From the IMG/VR virus record IMGVR_UViG_3300045988_062804: DNA of 64,000 nt. One strand, 5' to 3'. This document shows, piece by piece, positions 34,209 through 44,736 of the stretch (positions are counted from its first letter, which is position 1; every line of letters begins with the position of its first letter). The notes under the pieces are model-generated. The model saw nothing but the letters and a program-made list of their open reading frames with translations. It had not been told where the DNA came from and did no database searches. A program made the position numbers and the translations under genes. Origin of the DNA: a virus.

Positions 34209-37200
34209 ATGCGTTGTATTGTTACTAATGACAAAAAAGAGATTATTATTGATTCGTTAAACAGTGTCTTCAATGATGCTGAATTGATAACCTTAGAGGC
34301 TAAGTTCAAGAGACTGGGGGAAGACCTTTCCCCTACTCTTGTCTTAGACGATGAGCGTTCTATAAGTGTAATATCAGACATCATCAATGAGTGGATTCCT
34401 GAAGCTAGAGATGTGGCTGAGTTGTTTGAAGATAATGTCCAACTAGCTCTATTAACTGAGTTAGAAGAAACAAAGGATTTACGAATTACTGACCTTAGAA
34501 AGGCAGGTGTAGCTCCAGCTAATAAGGCTGCTGCTAATTTAAACATGGACATTAAGGAAGAGTCTTTAATTGATTATCAAGAAAAGATTACTTCTTCTAC
34601 TATCAATAACCTATATAGAAGTGCTCAACAGCCTCGAAATCTAATGCAAGATGAGCTAAGACGTAGTGTTATATCATCATTCCTTGTAGATTTTAAAGAG
34701 GGACGAATAGTTAGAAGTTCTCAGGAATTTAATAAGAACCTAGCCGCTTTATTTAATAGGTTGCTGACAGATTTAAAGATATATGCAGAAGAGGCTAAAG
34801 TCGATTTCGACAATTCTCTACTGTTATATGACGAAGATGGTAAATATACTGGACAGTTCTCAGTTGTACAAAAGTTGGCTGATACTCTCTTTGGTGATAA
34901 GTTTAATGCTACATACCTTAATCATCTATATGCTACAAGAACAAGTAGCTTTAAGAGTTCTAAGGCATTAAGAGCATATAACTCGTATGTAATACTAAAT
35001 AACTTTGATACATTGTTAAAGACCTTACTTGGTAAGACTATAACTATTGACCAAAGATATGTAGACTCTTTTACTGATGTAGAAAATGACAAGTATAAAT
35101 TGCTTGACAATTCTAACCTAGTAAAGACATGGAGAAGTTCTGACGATGTAGATGCTTTATCTGAAATGGGTAACATCACTAAGATATTGGTAGAACAAAC
35201 TCCTGTATTACATTATTCAACTGGAGAGAATAAATTTAACAACTATTTGGAGGTAAAGGACTTTACCTATGTCTTCAACAAACTTAAGAACATTCCAATC
35301 TTCTCTGAGATAGTAAACAAAATTAGGTTTGCACCTAACAAGTTTATCCCAGAATTGATTGATACCGCACTTAAAACTAACACTAGGGGATTAACTGCTC
35401 ATGATAAGGACATTATATTCTCAGTACAAAGAAGGTTCTATAAGAACAACTTTGATGTTTATGGAGACTCTGAGTATTCTCTAACAGAGATTATCAACAA
35501 AGAGTATGCAGAAGGTAGTGATAGTGTTCTTAGTCAGAACTTAGTTGATTTTATATCTGGCATGATTGATAAGACTGTGTCTACTAATTATATTGGGTAT
35601 AGACCATCTGACTCTGGTAACATAGAGATATTTGATGTTAAGGATAACAATCTTAATAGTCATAAGTTGATTATTGAGAAAGGTATCAATAATATCAATA
35701 ACACTCTATCAACTGAGTATAGGAAAGACTTACTTGATAAGTATTCAGTTAGAAGAAATGGGGCTAAACTTAGTATTAGAATCCCAGGATATACTACTAA
35801 GAACGGTCATACACTACATATTGTTCATGCTAATAATAGCAGTAGAGGAATATCTGTGTTTACTGTTGATTCTAACAGAAATCAATCTCCTTTATCTTTA
35901 AATGAAATGGACCGCATGGTTGCTGAGGGAGATACAGACCTTGTAAGAGCTTTAACTGAGTTCTTAGATGACACCTTGTACCAATCACTTGGATTACAAC
36001 CCGAAATACTTGATGCTTTTAGAGAGATTGTAGAAGCTGGCTCTGATATAAGTGCTATAATGCAACTTGCTGCGTTAGGTGGGCGTTCTTTAATGCGTAA
36101 CCAAATAGAGAAGGAGTTAACAGATGGCACGATGGATAAGGCTTCTGTAGCTGAATGCTTCCCCGAAGCATATAGTAAGGAGACTACTCTATTCGACAAG
36201 AAAACTGGTTCACTAAAGACTGTAATAGCTGACCAAGCTAATATTGTAAGGGATTTAGCTAGGGCACGTATGTTAGTTAATGGTGAAGCTGCAAAGAGTA
36301 ATTCTCGTGACCTATCTGGTAACTCAATATCTAATAATGGTTTAACAAACCTTATTAATACTGCTAAGGTAAATTGGCTGGAAGCTAAACACCTTGCTGG
36401 ATATGGTTACAATGTAGCCTCATTAGGAAGTATCTTTGTTAAGAATCCTAACCTTATATTTGGTACTACTGTAAAGAAGGAAGCCCAAAGTAAGGATAGG
36501 TCTGTAACTAAGTCTAGTGCTAAGTTCTTCTCATCTGAAATTGCTCATAGTTCAGTTCTATATGACTTCTGGTCTGGATTCCTTAATAAGGATGGTGATA
36601 TGGCTGGTAAGTTCTATATTCAACCTACAGTATATTCAGATAAGTCGAGACATTATTTGATTGGAATTGATGGTATGCAAGTACTAACTCCAACATTTGA
36701 TGAGACTACTGGAGGTAATGTGGGAGGTAAGAGAATTACAGAATCTACTGCTGAGGATATTAGAAATGTTCACTATGCTTCTATGGCTCAGATGTACAGA
36801 GTTATGAGAACTAACTTGTTAGCTGACTATCAACAGACATTAGCTCCGATACTACCTATGTTGGGTATATCAAACATTACTACATTTAGTGATGCTGAGA
36901 GAGTGTTTGATGCTATCAATGCTAAGTATAAACTGAAGAAGGATGTAGAGTTCTTTAGGTCTAAAGGTATTCCAGTTAGTCCAGAGAATGAAGCTGAATA
37001 TCAGCAGATTATGCAGAGCCAGATGGCTTTAGCTAACTCTCCTCAAGACTTGTATATGTTACTTGCTAAGGAAGCTAATACTGAAGTTATTGACCAAATT
37101 CACTTCTCTGGTAAAGGCACTCTTGGAATTAATAAATTGTTAAAGCATTACTTTGAAATGTTCTTAGATGATGCTAAAACAAGAAGCATTTATAATGCTA

Positions 37201-40200
37201 AGGTTCTTAGAGAGAAGAAGAAATTTGCTAGAGACTTGCTCAATAACAATAAGTTCTTCTTATATGATAAGAGAGGTGAAATTGACCCTGTGTTGAATAA
37301 ATTCATACATGGTTCAAGCGAGTCTGAGAGGTATAGTATCTGGGCTGGTCCAGACTATGAATCTAAATGGGTAGACCCTGACACAGCTGAGATTATCATA
37401 GCTAAACTGGTTGACAAGAACGGTAAAGAAACGAGACTTACTAAGAACTCACTATTTGACCCTAAGGATTCTCAAGGTTTAATCCTTAATCCTTTGTTCG
37501 ATATGTTCTTTGAAGTTGACAATCTAATCTCAAGTAATTTCTTAACTTCTACTGTTGGTGGACCTTATGGTCATCCTCTTAAATCGAGGATTGATGCTAA
37601 TGCAGATGAAGTAACTAAGATTGAACAAGAGGAAGCTGCTCGTACATTGGCTCAGTTTAAGCGTATGGTTATCTATCCAGCAACTATGCATAACTACGTG
37701 CAGAACCAGTTTAATGGTATTCCGCCACAGTACAATGTTGCAACTATTAGAGATATGTCTGCTTCAGTGCATAACTTCTCTGGGGTTACATCTAAGGTGG
37801 ATGTTCAAGATGGTAGTGGTTGGGCTAATCCATTCATTGCTATATTAGAGAACTATTCTCTGAATGATGCTAAGGCTGGCGAGGATAAGAAGCCTATTGG
37901 TCATAGTATGAATCCTATGTACTTGTCTGAACTAGAGTTGAAGTATGCTTTGATGGACATCTATAATGAGCGTGTTAGAGACTCTGGAAAACCTGATAAT
38001 AAGGGCTTGAGATGGAAGAATATACTAAAGAAGATGACAGATAGACAATGGGATGTTCCTGTTGACTTAACTGTTGCCTTTAATGGTAAACCTATCAATA
38101 TAGCTGAGAATATACAGAACCCTTATTATAGAGACATAGTTACTGGTAAGTTCTATAAGATTACTGACATCAAGAGAACTGGTGATAACTTATATGACGT
38201 AACTCAAGTACAAGTTAACAAGATGGGTAACGTAATAGGTCAGCCAGAACTTAAAGGTGGAACTTCTCTTCTTATTGATACTAATTACAAGCTATGGGAA
38301 GCCTTTGGTGGAGAATGGTCTTGTGATTTAACTGATTTAGGATTATTCGAAGGTAACTCTTCTATTGAAGCAGTAGCTTGGTATATGAATAACATTGGTG
38401 TAGTAAGAAGTAAAGAAAACTCAGAAATCTATGGAACAGACTTTAAGCAGGAACTTTATACATTCGGAGAGGATTATGAAGAACTTCCTTCTGAAAGTGA
38501 AATCAGAAATCCTGATGGAACATTCACTGACTTTGCTAATCTGTCCCAGATTGAGGTGTATCAGCCTCTAAAGCATTCTGATATTCACTATCTGGTTAAT
38601 ACTAGTGGTGCTAAATGCGGTGCTACTAATATCAATCCTACAAGTTCTTGGTTTGACGATACTCCATTAAGAAGCTTTAAGATGTCTACTAGACACTTAG
38701 GCATTCAGATGGATGCTGACCACCACGCTGACGATTCAGAATTAACTGAGATGTCCCAGGTAATATCTTCATTAGAAGCCAATGGTTATACTCATCATAT
38801 TGCTAAGGAAGCATACCATGATTTAGGTTCTATTGTATATTCTACAATGAAGCGAGAGATTGATGCTGTAGCTGAGTATTATAAGATGGGTGATTCAAGA
38901 GAAATTTATAACATTGTAGGTAAGTCATTCTTAAAATCATTTGATGATAGTTCTAGCAATAAGGCTAGCTTAGCTGAAGCTATTATCTATAACATGAAGA
39001 AGGAGCTTAGTAAGTATCTAAAGATTTCAGAAGCTGATGTTAAACTACCATTTAGTGATAATAACCTATTAGGTGCTGTTATCTCTAGTGTAACTTCTAT
39101 GATTAATAAGAATGCTATCAAGAGAAAGTATCCAGGTATTGCATCTGTATTGATTCCATCACATGGTGCTATTCAAATCTATAAGGCTAATGGAATTGAC
39201 TATACTTATGGTCAAGCTCAGTTATCTAAAGTAGACTTTAATCATCAATTCAATATACAACCTATTATACCTATCACTGATATTGAGTTTGGTGAGAGTT
39301 ATGTAGTTGTTGAAGGTACTCAGGGCTATCCAGTTGATGTAAATGGTGTAGTTCCAGAAGGTGCTTCTATGTGGGATGGTGATATGCACAATGAAAGTCA
39401 GTTTAACCTTAATGTTCCTGGAGTTCAACACATTACTGTTGATTCTATTGAAAAGTATAATGAACTAAGGAATGATACTTCTGGTAGGTTAGTTAAGCGC
39501 AATCCTTATAAAGGACGTGACTTACAACCTTCCCGTACTCTGTTTAAGATTGGAGGTAGACAATATAGTATATTTGATTCTGATTCTATCAAGTCCAGAT
39601 ATGCTGTAGAGAAAGCCTTTGATAAAGGTGGAGTAATTGACTTAGCTAAGAGTGGCGATATTGATGCTGCTATTGAAATACTTAGAGGCTTTAGAGTCCC
39701 TAATGATTTGGTTGGAACTAAACTAAACGAGTTAGCAAATAAGCTAGCTAATAAGGACTTCTGGAGAATTAGTAACCTGGTTGATGATATTAAGAACCTG
39801 TATAGGGATGATGTTATCAACACATTCAAAAGGTTGTCTGCTGATGGCACTGTCATTATCAACGACGAAGTTAAAACTATCGACCCAGAATCCTTAGAGA
39901 TTAAGGAAGCTGAGTTAGTATTACCTAAAATCTATGCAACAAAGTTTGGTTTAAGAAGAGGTGACTCTCTGAATGATATAATGAAGAATGAAAACTTCTT
40001 CTATAACAGAATTATTGATGCATGGAATGATAAGACTACTAAGTATGATATTGCTCTGAAAAGAGCTAATGGTAATCATACCTATATTATTCTTAAGAGT
40101 GGAGGTAATGCTAAGGTTGTAGAAGGTTTACAGAAAGTAAATGTAAACACTATAGTCGAAGATGGTGAGAATACTCTAAGGGTTAATAACAAGGGTGAAA

Positions 40201-43200
40201 TCGAAGGTCCTCTAAACGATGCTGAGGTTTATGTTGATAGTAGAGGTAACGAAATTATCTTTACTGACAATGTTAAGCAGTTCTTAGAGGAACAGTACGA
40301 TGACTATGATGATGTAGAACTAAACTCTAGGTTAAAGGAAGGTACTCTAAATGCTGCATTCGATGTGGTTAAGGGTATTGACCATAAACTTACTGAGCAG
40401 TACAAGGAAATAGCTCTTCGTATGGAGAACAATGAGTCTGTAACTCTTAAACTTGCTCTGCAAGAGAAGAACACTCACCTTGATAGAATGTTTAGGCGTC
40501 TATCAAGAGAGAAGAGAACCTCATTCTTGAAATCTCTTGAGTTCATTGCAGCTCGTATTCCAGCTCAGTCCATGCAGTCATTCATGCCTATGAAGGTAGT
40601 TGCATTCTCTGAATCAGAGAAGAATATTGCTTATGTATCACACTGGCAGATTTGGTTGCAAGGTTCTGACTTTGATATTGATAAGGTATATCTAATGGGT
40701 TCCGAGTTCTCAGATAATGGTAAGTATATTGGATGGTCTCCTTATTTCAATCTATATTCTGATGAAGTAAGAAAGGCTTCTGAATTATTACCTATGCCGA
40801 GTGGTAAAGAATATCAGGTATTCTATCCTGATGTTCAACCAGAAGACTCATTTGATATTACTCAATTAGTTAAGAATGTTAACTTAGCAGCTAGTGATAA
40901 ACTTGGCACTAATACCAAGAGATTCATTATTGCATTGGCAGACTTACTAAAGGGTATCAGAGACAGTGGTTATACTAAGTTATGGTTAGACCCAAAGAGT
41001 ATTATTGAAGCTAACTGGATGAACTTAGATACTGTAGAGAAGAGAATTAACAGACATTCTTTATATCTATCTAAGATTAAGTCACCTGATAGGATTATTT
41101 CTATGATGAAGAACTCAGTTTCATCTAAGATTTATCGTATTATCAATGACCCAGCTAATATGGTTTCAGCTTATTCTCCGATTGAGATGAATGAGCCTCA
41201 AGCAGCAGCAGAATTATCTGAATCAGGTAAGGAAGCTAAGGAGTATACTCTGGGAAATCCATTTGTTAAGTGGAATATGCAATATCAGAATATGACTGGT
41301 AAGGATGTTATTGGTATTGCAGCTGTTGGTGAGAAGGTTTTCTTTGCATTATCTTACTATTATAATGAAGCTGCTAGAAGTGGTAACATGGAATGGCAGG
41401 AGAATGCATATTTTAGAAGGTCATTCAAGCTGATTAAGTCAAGGGATGGTAAGAAGTACCTTCCATTAGTAAGAAACATTATTGCTAATGTAAACTTTGA
41501 TGGCGTTGATACTTCTAAGGTTCTTTGGAACTCTATGATTGAACAACAATCTGGAGTTAGCATGGAAGACGCTGGTAAGAAGTATACTGAGGAGGAAGTG
41601 GCTTACATACGTGAACAGTTGTTAAGTCAGCTTGGAAGTCAAAAGGATGCATCATTAGTTATTTCAGCTCTGTTATCAGCAGCAACTGATAATGCTAAGG
41701 AGTTGATTTTAGCTAAGATTAATTCTGGTTCAGATTTAGCTTCCGTATATCTATATTCAATTATGTTGGGTATTGATTTTAAGGACATAGCTAATCTTAT
41801 GATTTCTAATACAGTTCAGACTATAGCTAAGTTAAACAAGACCAATATCTTTGATGAGTATAACCAGAGTTCAACTATTGACAGTGTGTTTAATAAGTTG
41901 GAGAATGGGTTACAAATCAAGAATTACTTGAATAAGTTTGAAGGTCTTAATGAAGCTATTGCAGCTGTTTATCCTAAAGCTGGAGGTAAATCTACTCAAG
42001 CTGCACTAACTGAAATATTCAAACAGGATAATAGGTTAGAGTTGCTCAAGAAGTTGCGAGAAGAGTTCAAGACAACTGAAATCTATAAGAACAATGGTTT
42101 CCCTAAGTTCAACCTAATGAGATTTATGAGTGATTTTGAAGAATTAGCTGTAATGGCTGACTCAATCTTTAAGAATGAGTTAAGTAGAACAGAGTATTAT
42201 ACCTTCAAGAGAATTTATAAGCTAGCTCAAGAGGTTAAGCAGTTAGGTTCTATCCTAAGTGCAAATCAGGGACTGCAGACCAATATGTTTGATAAGTTTG
42301 GTTATCTTGATAGAATCGAGCAGGCTGTAAAGGATAGAGTAGAGGAGTATGTAACTGGTGCTGGGGATAATAGGGATGTTAGTATCTTTAAAATCCTTGA
42401 AGATAAACCATATCTTGAGAAGCTACATGGCGGTAAGGAGGGTGCTAAGACATATGTCGAAAGCATTGTTAGAGCAGCTAAAACAGAAGGAATGATTGAT
42501 GACTTTAATACATTAAGGTTCTTAAATGACGATGAATATAGAAGACTTGCAGTTTCTTTCTATAATCTAATCAAGGGAACTATCAATGTGTTAGATGTTA
42601 TTACTAGAGTTCCTCACTTTAGAGCAACTATTGATATGGCAGCTACAGACTTTGGTATATTTGATGCTATTAGTGCTAAGTTTACTAACGTTTATAATCT
42701 ATCTAAACTCCTAATTAGGAATGTATATAATGTCTCTTCTAGTAAGGATAGGGATTCTATATATAGGAATGTTGGTAACTTCCTGGATAGTGTTATAAAT
42801 ACTAAGTGGTTCAAAGACAGAGGTACTTCATTTACTATAGCTGAATGTGATAGATACTTTGATAAGTATGGACACACCCATCAAGCTACAGGTAATGAGG
42901 TTATAGATTTGGGTACTGGTCATGGTCAGGCTACTTTCAAAATGTGGTTTGAGAATACAGTAGTTCCAAGTCTCAAGAGGGGTCTTCAAGAGAAGAATGG
43001 AGAGAGAAAACTATCGCTTGCCAGAAACAAGTTTATAAGTGCTCTTCAGTTATCTATCTCTGATAGAACTCTTACTCGTGATGTAAGCTACGCATGGACA
43101 CTTCCTATGAATATGTCAAGCATTAACTCTATTACCGAAATGAACAACTATGTAGAATATTTAACTCACTTTGATGAGTTGGATAAATATACGTTCAATG

Positions 43201-43745
43201 GAACTCCAGTTTCAGAGTTGTTCTTCTATTACAACATGATTGTAAATAAGAATAGGTATGGACAAACATCCTTGACAAGACTGTTTGAGCACTTTGTTGG
43301 TGAGAAACAAAACTCTGTTGTACAAGATTACTTCAAGTATATCGGAGATATGGACTTCAACAAGTTACTGAATAACTCTGACTATTCACTTGAAGATGTA
43401 ATCATGGCTTGTGCTATAACTGTTAGTGGAGGTAATTACGGTAAGAAGTTCCCCTATATTAAGGTCTTTAATCCTTTATTGCAGACTTATGAGCTGTTTA
43501 CGTATATGGGTGAATTTAACTCTTCTGAGCAGCTTCCAGATGATGTCATTGACAATCTGCCAGAGGGAGATGCTAGTGGTCCTGCTAACTACAAGCCAGT
43601 GGTCTTCCCAAATCAGAAAGAGTTGATGAACTATTTTACATGGTTACCAATGAACTTCAGCAAAGAGCAAGATGCAGAACCTCTAGAAGATAAACTGTTA
43701 AAGCTAATAAATCAAAACAGAGCAATAGTAAAGTATGAGTGCTAA
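34209..43745 (+). CDS. 3178-aa virion RNA polymerase-like protein (two-barrel, crAss-like gp66 / YonO / QDE-1 type)
   Basis: WLQGSDFDIDKVYLMG carries a DxDxD metal motif (DFDID at 40668-40682, aa 2154-2158). The giant size and the position in the block of huge ORFs fit crAss-like phages. Confidence 0.65.
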   Translation: MRCIVTNDKKEIIIDSLNSVFNDAELITLEAKFKRLGEDLSPTLVLDDERSISVISDIINEWIPEARDVAELFEDNVQLALLTELEETKDLRITDLRKAGVAPANKAAANLNMDIKEESLIDYQEKITSSTINNLYRSAQQPRNLMQDELRRSVISSFLVDFKEGRIVRSSQEFNKNLAALFNRLLTDLKIYAEEAKVDFDNSLLLYDEDGKYTGQFSVVQKLADTLFGDKFNATYLNHLYATRTSSFKSSKALRAYNSYVILNNFDTLLKTLLGKTITIDQRYVDSFTDVENDKYKLLDNSNLVKTWRSSDDVDALSEMGNITKILVEQTPVLHYSTGENKFNNYLEVKDFTYVFNKLKNIPIFSEIVNKIRFAPNKFIPELIDTALKTNTRGLTAHDKDIIFSVQRRFYKNNFDVYGDSEYSLTEIINKEYAEGSDSVLSQNLVDFISGMIDKTVSTNYIGYRPSDSGNIEIFDVKDNNLNSHKLIIEKGINNINNTLSTEYRKDLLDKYSVRRNGAKLSIRIPGYTTKNGHTLHIVHANNSSRGISVFTVDSNRNQSPLSLNEMDRMVAEGDTDLVRALTEFLDDTLYQSLGLQPEILDAFREIVEAGSDISAIMQLAALGGRSLMRNQIEKELTDGTMDKASVAECFPEAYSKETTLFDKKTGSLKTVIADQANIVRDLARARMLVNGEAAKSNSRDLSGNSISNNGLTNLINTAKVNWLEAKHLAGYGYNVASLGSIFVKNPNLIFGTTVKKEAQSKDRSVTKSSAKFFSSEIAHSSVLYDFWSGFLNKDGDMAGKFYIQPTVYSDKSRHYLIGIDGMQVLTPTFDETTGGNVGGKRITESTAEDIRNVHYASMAQMYRVMRTNLLADYQQTLAPILPMLGISNITTFSDAERVFDAINAKYKLKKDVEFFRSKGIPVSPENEAEYQQIMQSQMALANSPQDLYMLLAKEANTEVIDQIHFSGKGTLGINKLLKHYFEMFLDDAKTRSIYNAKVLREKKKFARDLLNNNKFFLYDKRGEIDPVLNKFIHGSSESERYSIWAGPDYESKWVDPDTAEIIIAKLVDKNGKETRLTKNSLFDPKDSQGLILNPLFDMFFEVDNLISSNFLTSTVGGPYGHPLKSRIDANADEVTKIEQEEAARTLAQFKRMVIYPATMHNYVQNQFNGIPPQYNVATIRDMSASVHNFSGVTSKVDVQDGSGWANPFIAILENYSLNDAKAGEDKKPIGHSMNPMYLSELELKYALMDIYNERVRDSGKPDNKGLRWKNILKKMTDRQWDVPVDLTVAFNGKPINIAENIQNPYYRDIVTGKFYKITDIKRTGDNLYDVTQVQVNKMGNVIGQPELKGGTSLLIDTNYKLWEAFGGEWSCDLTDLGLFEGNSSIEAVAWYMNNIGVVRSKENSEIYGTDFKQELYTFGEDYEELPSESEIRNPDGTFTDFANLSQIEVYQPLKHSDIHYLVNTSGAKCGATNINPTSSWFDDTPLRSFKMSTRHLGIQMDADHHADDSELTEMSQVISSLEANGYTHHIAKEAYHDLGSIVYSTMKREIDAVAEYYKMGDSREIYNIVGKSFLKSFDDSSSNKASLAEAIIYNMKKELSKYLKISEADVKLPFSDNNLLGAVISSVTSMINKNAIKRKYPGIASVLIPSHGAIQIYKANGIDYTYGQAQLSKVDFNHQFNIQPIIPITDIEFGESYVVVEGTQGYPVDVNGVVPEGASMWDGDMHNESQFNLNVPGVQHITVDSIEKYNELRNDTSGRLVKRNPYKGRDLQPSRTLFKIGGRQYSIFDSDSIKSRYAVEKAFDKGGVIDLAKSGDIDAAIEILRGFRVPNDLVGTKLNELANKLANKDFWRISNLVDDIKNLYRDDVINTFKRLSADGTVIINDEVKTIDPESLEIKEAELVLPKIYATKFGLRRGDSLNDIMKNENFFYNRIIDAWNDKTTKYDIALKRANGNHTYIILKSGGNAKVVEGLQKVNVNTIVEDGENTLRVNNKGEIEGPLNDAEVYVDSRGNEIIFTDNVKQFLEEQYDDYDDVELNSRLKEGTLNAAFDVVKGIDHKLTEQYKEIALRMENNESVTLKLALQEKNTHLDRMFRRLSREKRTSFLKSLEFIAARIPAQSMQSFMPMKVVAFSESEKNIAYVSHWQIWLQGSDFDIDKVYLMGSEFSDNGKYIGWSPYFNLYSDEVRKASELLPMPSGKEYQVFYPDVQPEDSFDITQLVKNVNLAASDKLGTNTKRFIIALADLLKGIRDSGYTKLWLDPKSIIEANWMNLDTVEKRINRHSLYLSKIKSPDRIISMMKNSVSSKIYRIINDPANMVSAYSPIEMNEPQAAAELSESGKEAKEYTLGNPFVKWNMQYQNMTGKDVIGIAAVGEKVFFALSYYYNEAARSGNMEWQENAYFRRSFKLIKSRDGKKYLPLVRNIIANVNFDGVDTSKVLWNSMIEQQSGVSMEDAGKKYTEEEVAYIREQLLSQLGSQKDASLVISALLSAATDNAKELILAKINSGSDLASVYLYSIMLGIDFKDIANLMISNTVQTIAKLNKTNIFDEYNQSSTIDSVFNKLENGLQIKNYLNKFEGLNEAIAAVYPKAGGKSTQAALTEIFKQDNRLELLKKLREEFKTTEIYKNNGFPKFNLMRFMSDFEELAVMADSIFKNELSRTEYYTFKRIYKLAQEVKQLGSILSANQGLQTNMFDKFGYLDRIEQAVKDRVEEYVTGAGDNRDVSIFKILEDKPYLEKLHGGKEGAKTYVESIVRAAKTEGMIDDFNTLRFLNDDEYRRLAVSFYNLIKGTINVLDVITRVPHFRATIDMAATDFGIFDAISAKFTNVYNLSKLLIRNVYNVSSSKDRDSIYRNVGNFLDSVINTKWFKDRGTSFTIAECDRYFDKYGHTHQATGNEVIDLGTGHGQATFKMWFENTVVPSLKRGLQEKNGERKLSLARNKFISALQLSISDRTLTRDVSYAWTLPMNMSSINSITEMNNYVEYLTHFDELDKYTFNGTPVSELFFYYNMIVNKNRYGQTSLTRLFEHFVGEKQNSVVQDYFKYIGDMDFNKLLNNSDYSLEDVIMACAITVSGGNYGKKFPYIKVFNPLLQTYELFTYMGEFNSSEQLPDDVIDNLPEGDASGPANYKPVVFPNQKELMNYFTWLPMNFSKEQDAEPLEDKLLKLINQNRAIVKYEC

Positions 43746-44736
43746 GAACTGTACTTCTACATTGATAATTGGGGGGCTGGAATTTAAAGTCCAGTCTCCC
43801 AACGTCAATGGGAATCCTCCAATTAAAGACATTATACAGAACATAATTAAAGAACATGGTTCTGAAATTTCTAAAGCATTATCTGACCCAAAAGGTGTGT
43901 ATGAAGTACTTAACATTAATGACATATCACATTTAAGAGGTAATGCTACATTTAAAGATATTACTAAGCACCTAAACAGTTTAGGTAGGCAGTATATACC
44001 AATGAGAGATAGTTTAAGGGTATTAATATCCAAACTAAACAAAGTTGTTCCAGAGTCTGAACAGAACATTCTTTGGGTTTCATCACCCATAACACTAAAT
44101 GACGTAAAAATACCTAACGTAAATGTTAGTACTAACGGGGATTTAGTTATCCTAGACTCCAATAACCTTAATAAAGTATATAATACACTAAGGGAATATT
44201 TCTATGCTAAGACTATTAATACTCCTGAAAAGATTAATCAAATCTTATCCTTTATAGGAAGTATTGGTAAGGCAACTGACAAAATGAAATTAAAGTCTGA
44301 TGTATGGATAGCTAATCTACAGTCTAAGTTCACTGAGATGAGAAAGAATCCTGCAACAGCACTACACTACATTGTTAGTGATGATATTATAAACGAATTA
44401 GTAGACCTATCTGGAATGAGGTCAGAACTTAATACCTTGCTTAGAACATTAAGTAATGTTCAGTTAAAGGAAGGTAAAGGTAAGCAATGGTGGTTAGAGT
44501 GGAATGGTAATGCTGGAACCTATACTAATAGGAATGGTCAGCAGTTTAAGTTCAACTTTAAAGAAATGGATACCACTATTACAGGATACCTAAAAGAGAA
44601 GGGTATTGAAGCTAATGAAGAAGAAATTAGAGCTACAAAGGCTGTTCTACTAAGTGGAATATCACAAGGACATCCATTGTCAGACAACGAGATATACGAT
44701 TTATGGGACGAATTTACTAGAAAAGGTTGTGAATAA
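43735..44736 (+). CDS. 333-aa virion-block protein, function unknown
   Basis: ORF overlapping the RNAP-like gene by 11 nt. Confidence 0.6.
   Translation: MSAKNCTSTLIIGGLEFKVQSPNVNGNPPIKDIIQNIIKEHGSEISKALSDPKGVYEVLNINDISHLRGNATFKDITKHLNSLGRQYIPMRDSLRVLISKLNKVVPESEQNILWVSSPITLNDVKIPNVNVSTNGDLVILDSNNLNKVYNTLREYFYAKTINTPEKINQILSFIGSIGKATDKMKLKSDVWIANLQSKFTEMRKNPATALHYIVSDDIINELVDLSGMRSELNTLLRTLSNVQLKEGKGKQWWLEWNGNAGTYTNRNGQQFKFNFKEMDTTITGYLKEKGIEANEEEIRATKAVLLSGISQGHPLSDNEIYDLWDEFTRKGCE

Noticed and set aside
43704-44162. 152-aa minus-strand ORF. Similar ones lie at 34181-34552, 46336-46860, 47749-48252 and 50410-51033.
   Set aside because: All lie antisense within giant + strand ORFs that carry recognisable enzyme motifs. 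Their translations are Ser/Leu/Ile-rich, as is typical of antisense frames in AT-rich DNA, and none has its own expression signals.
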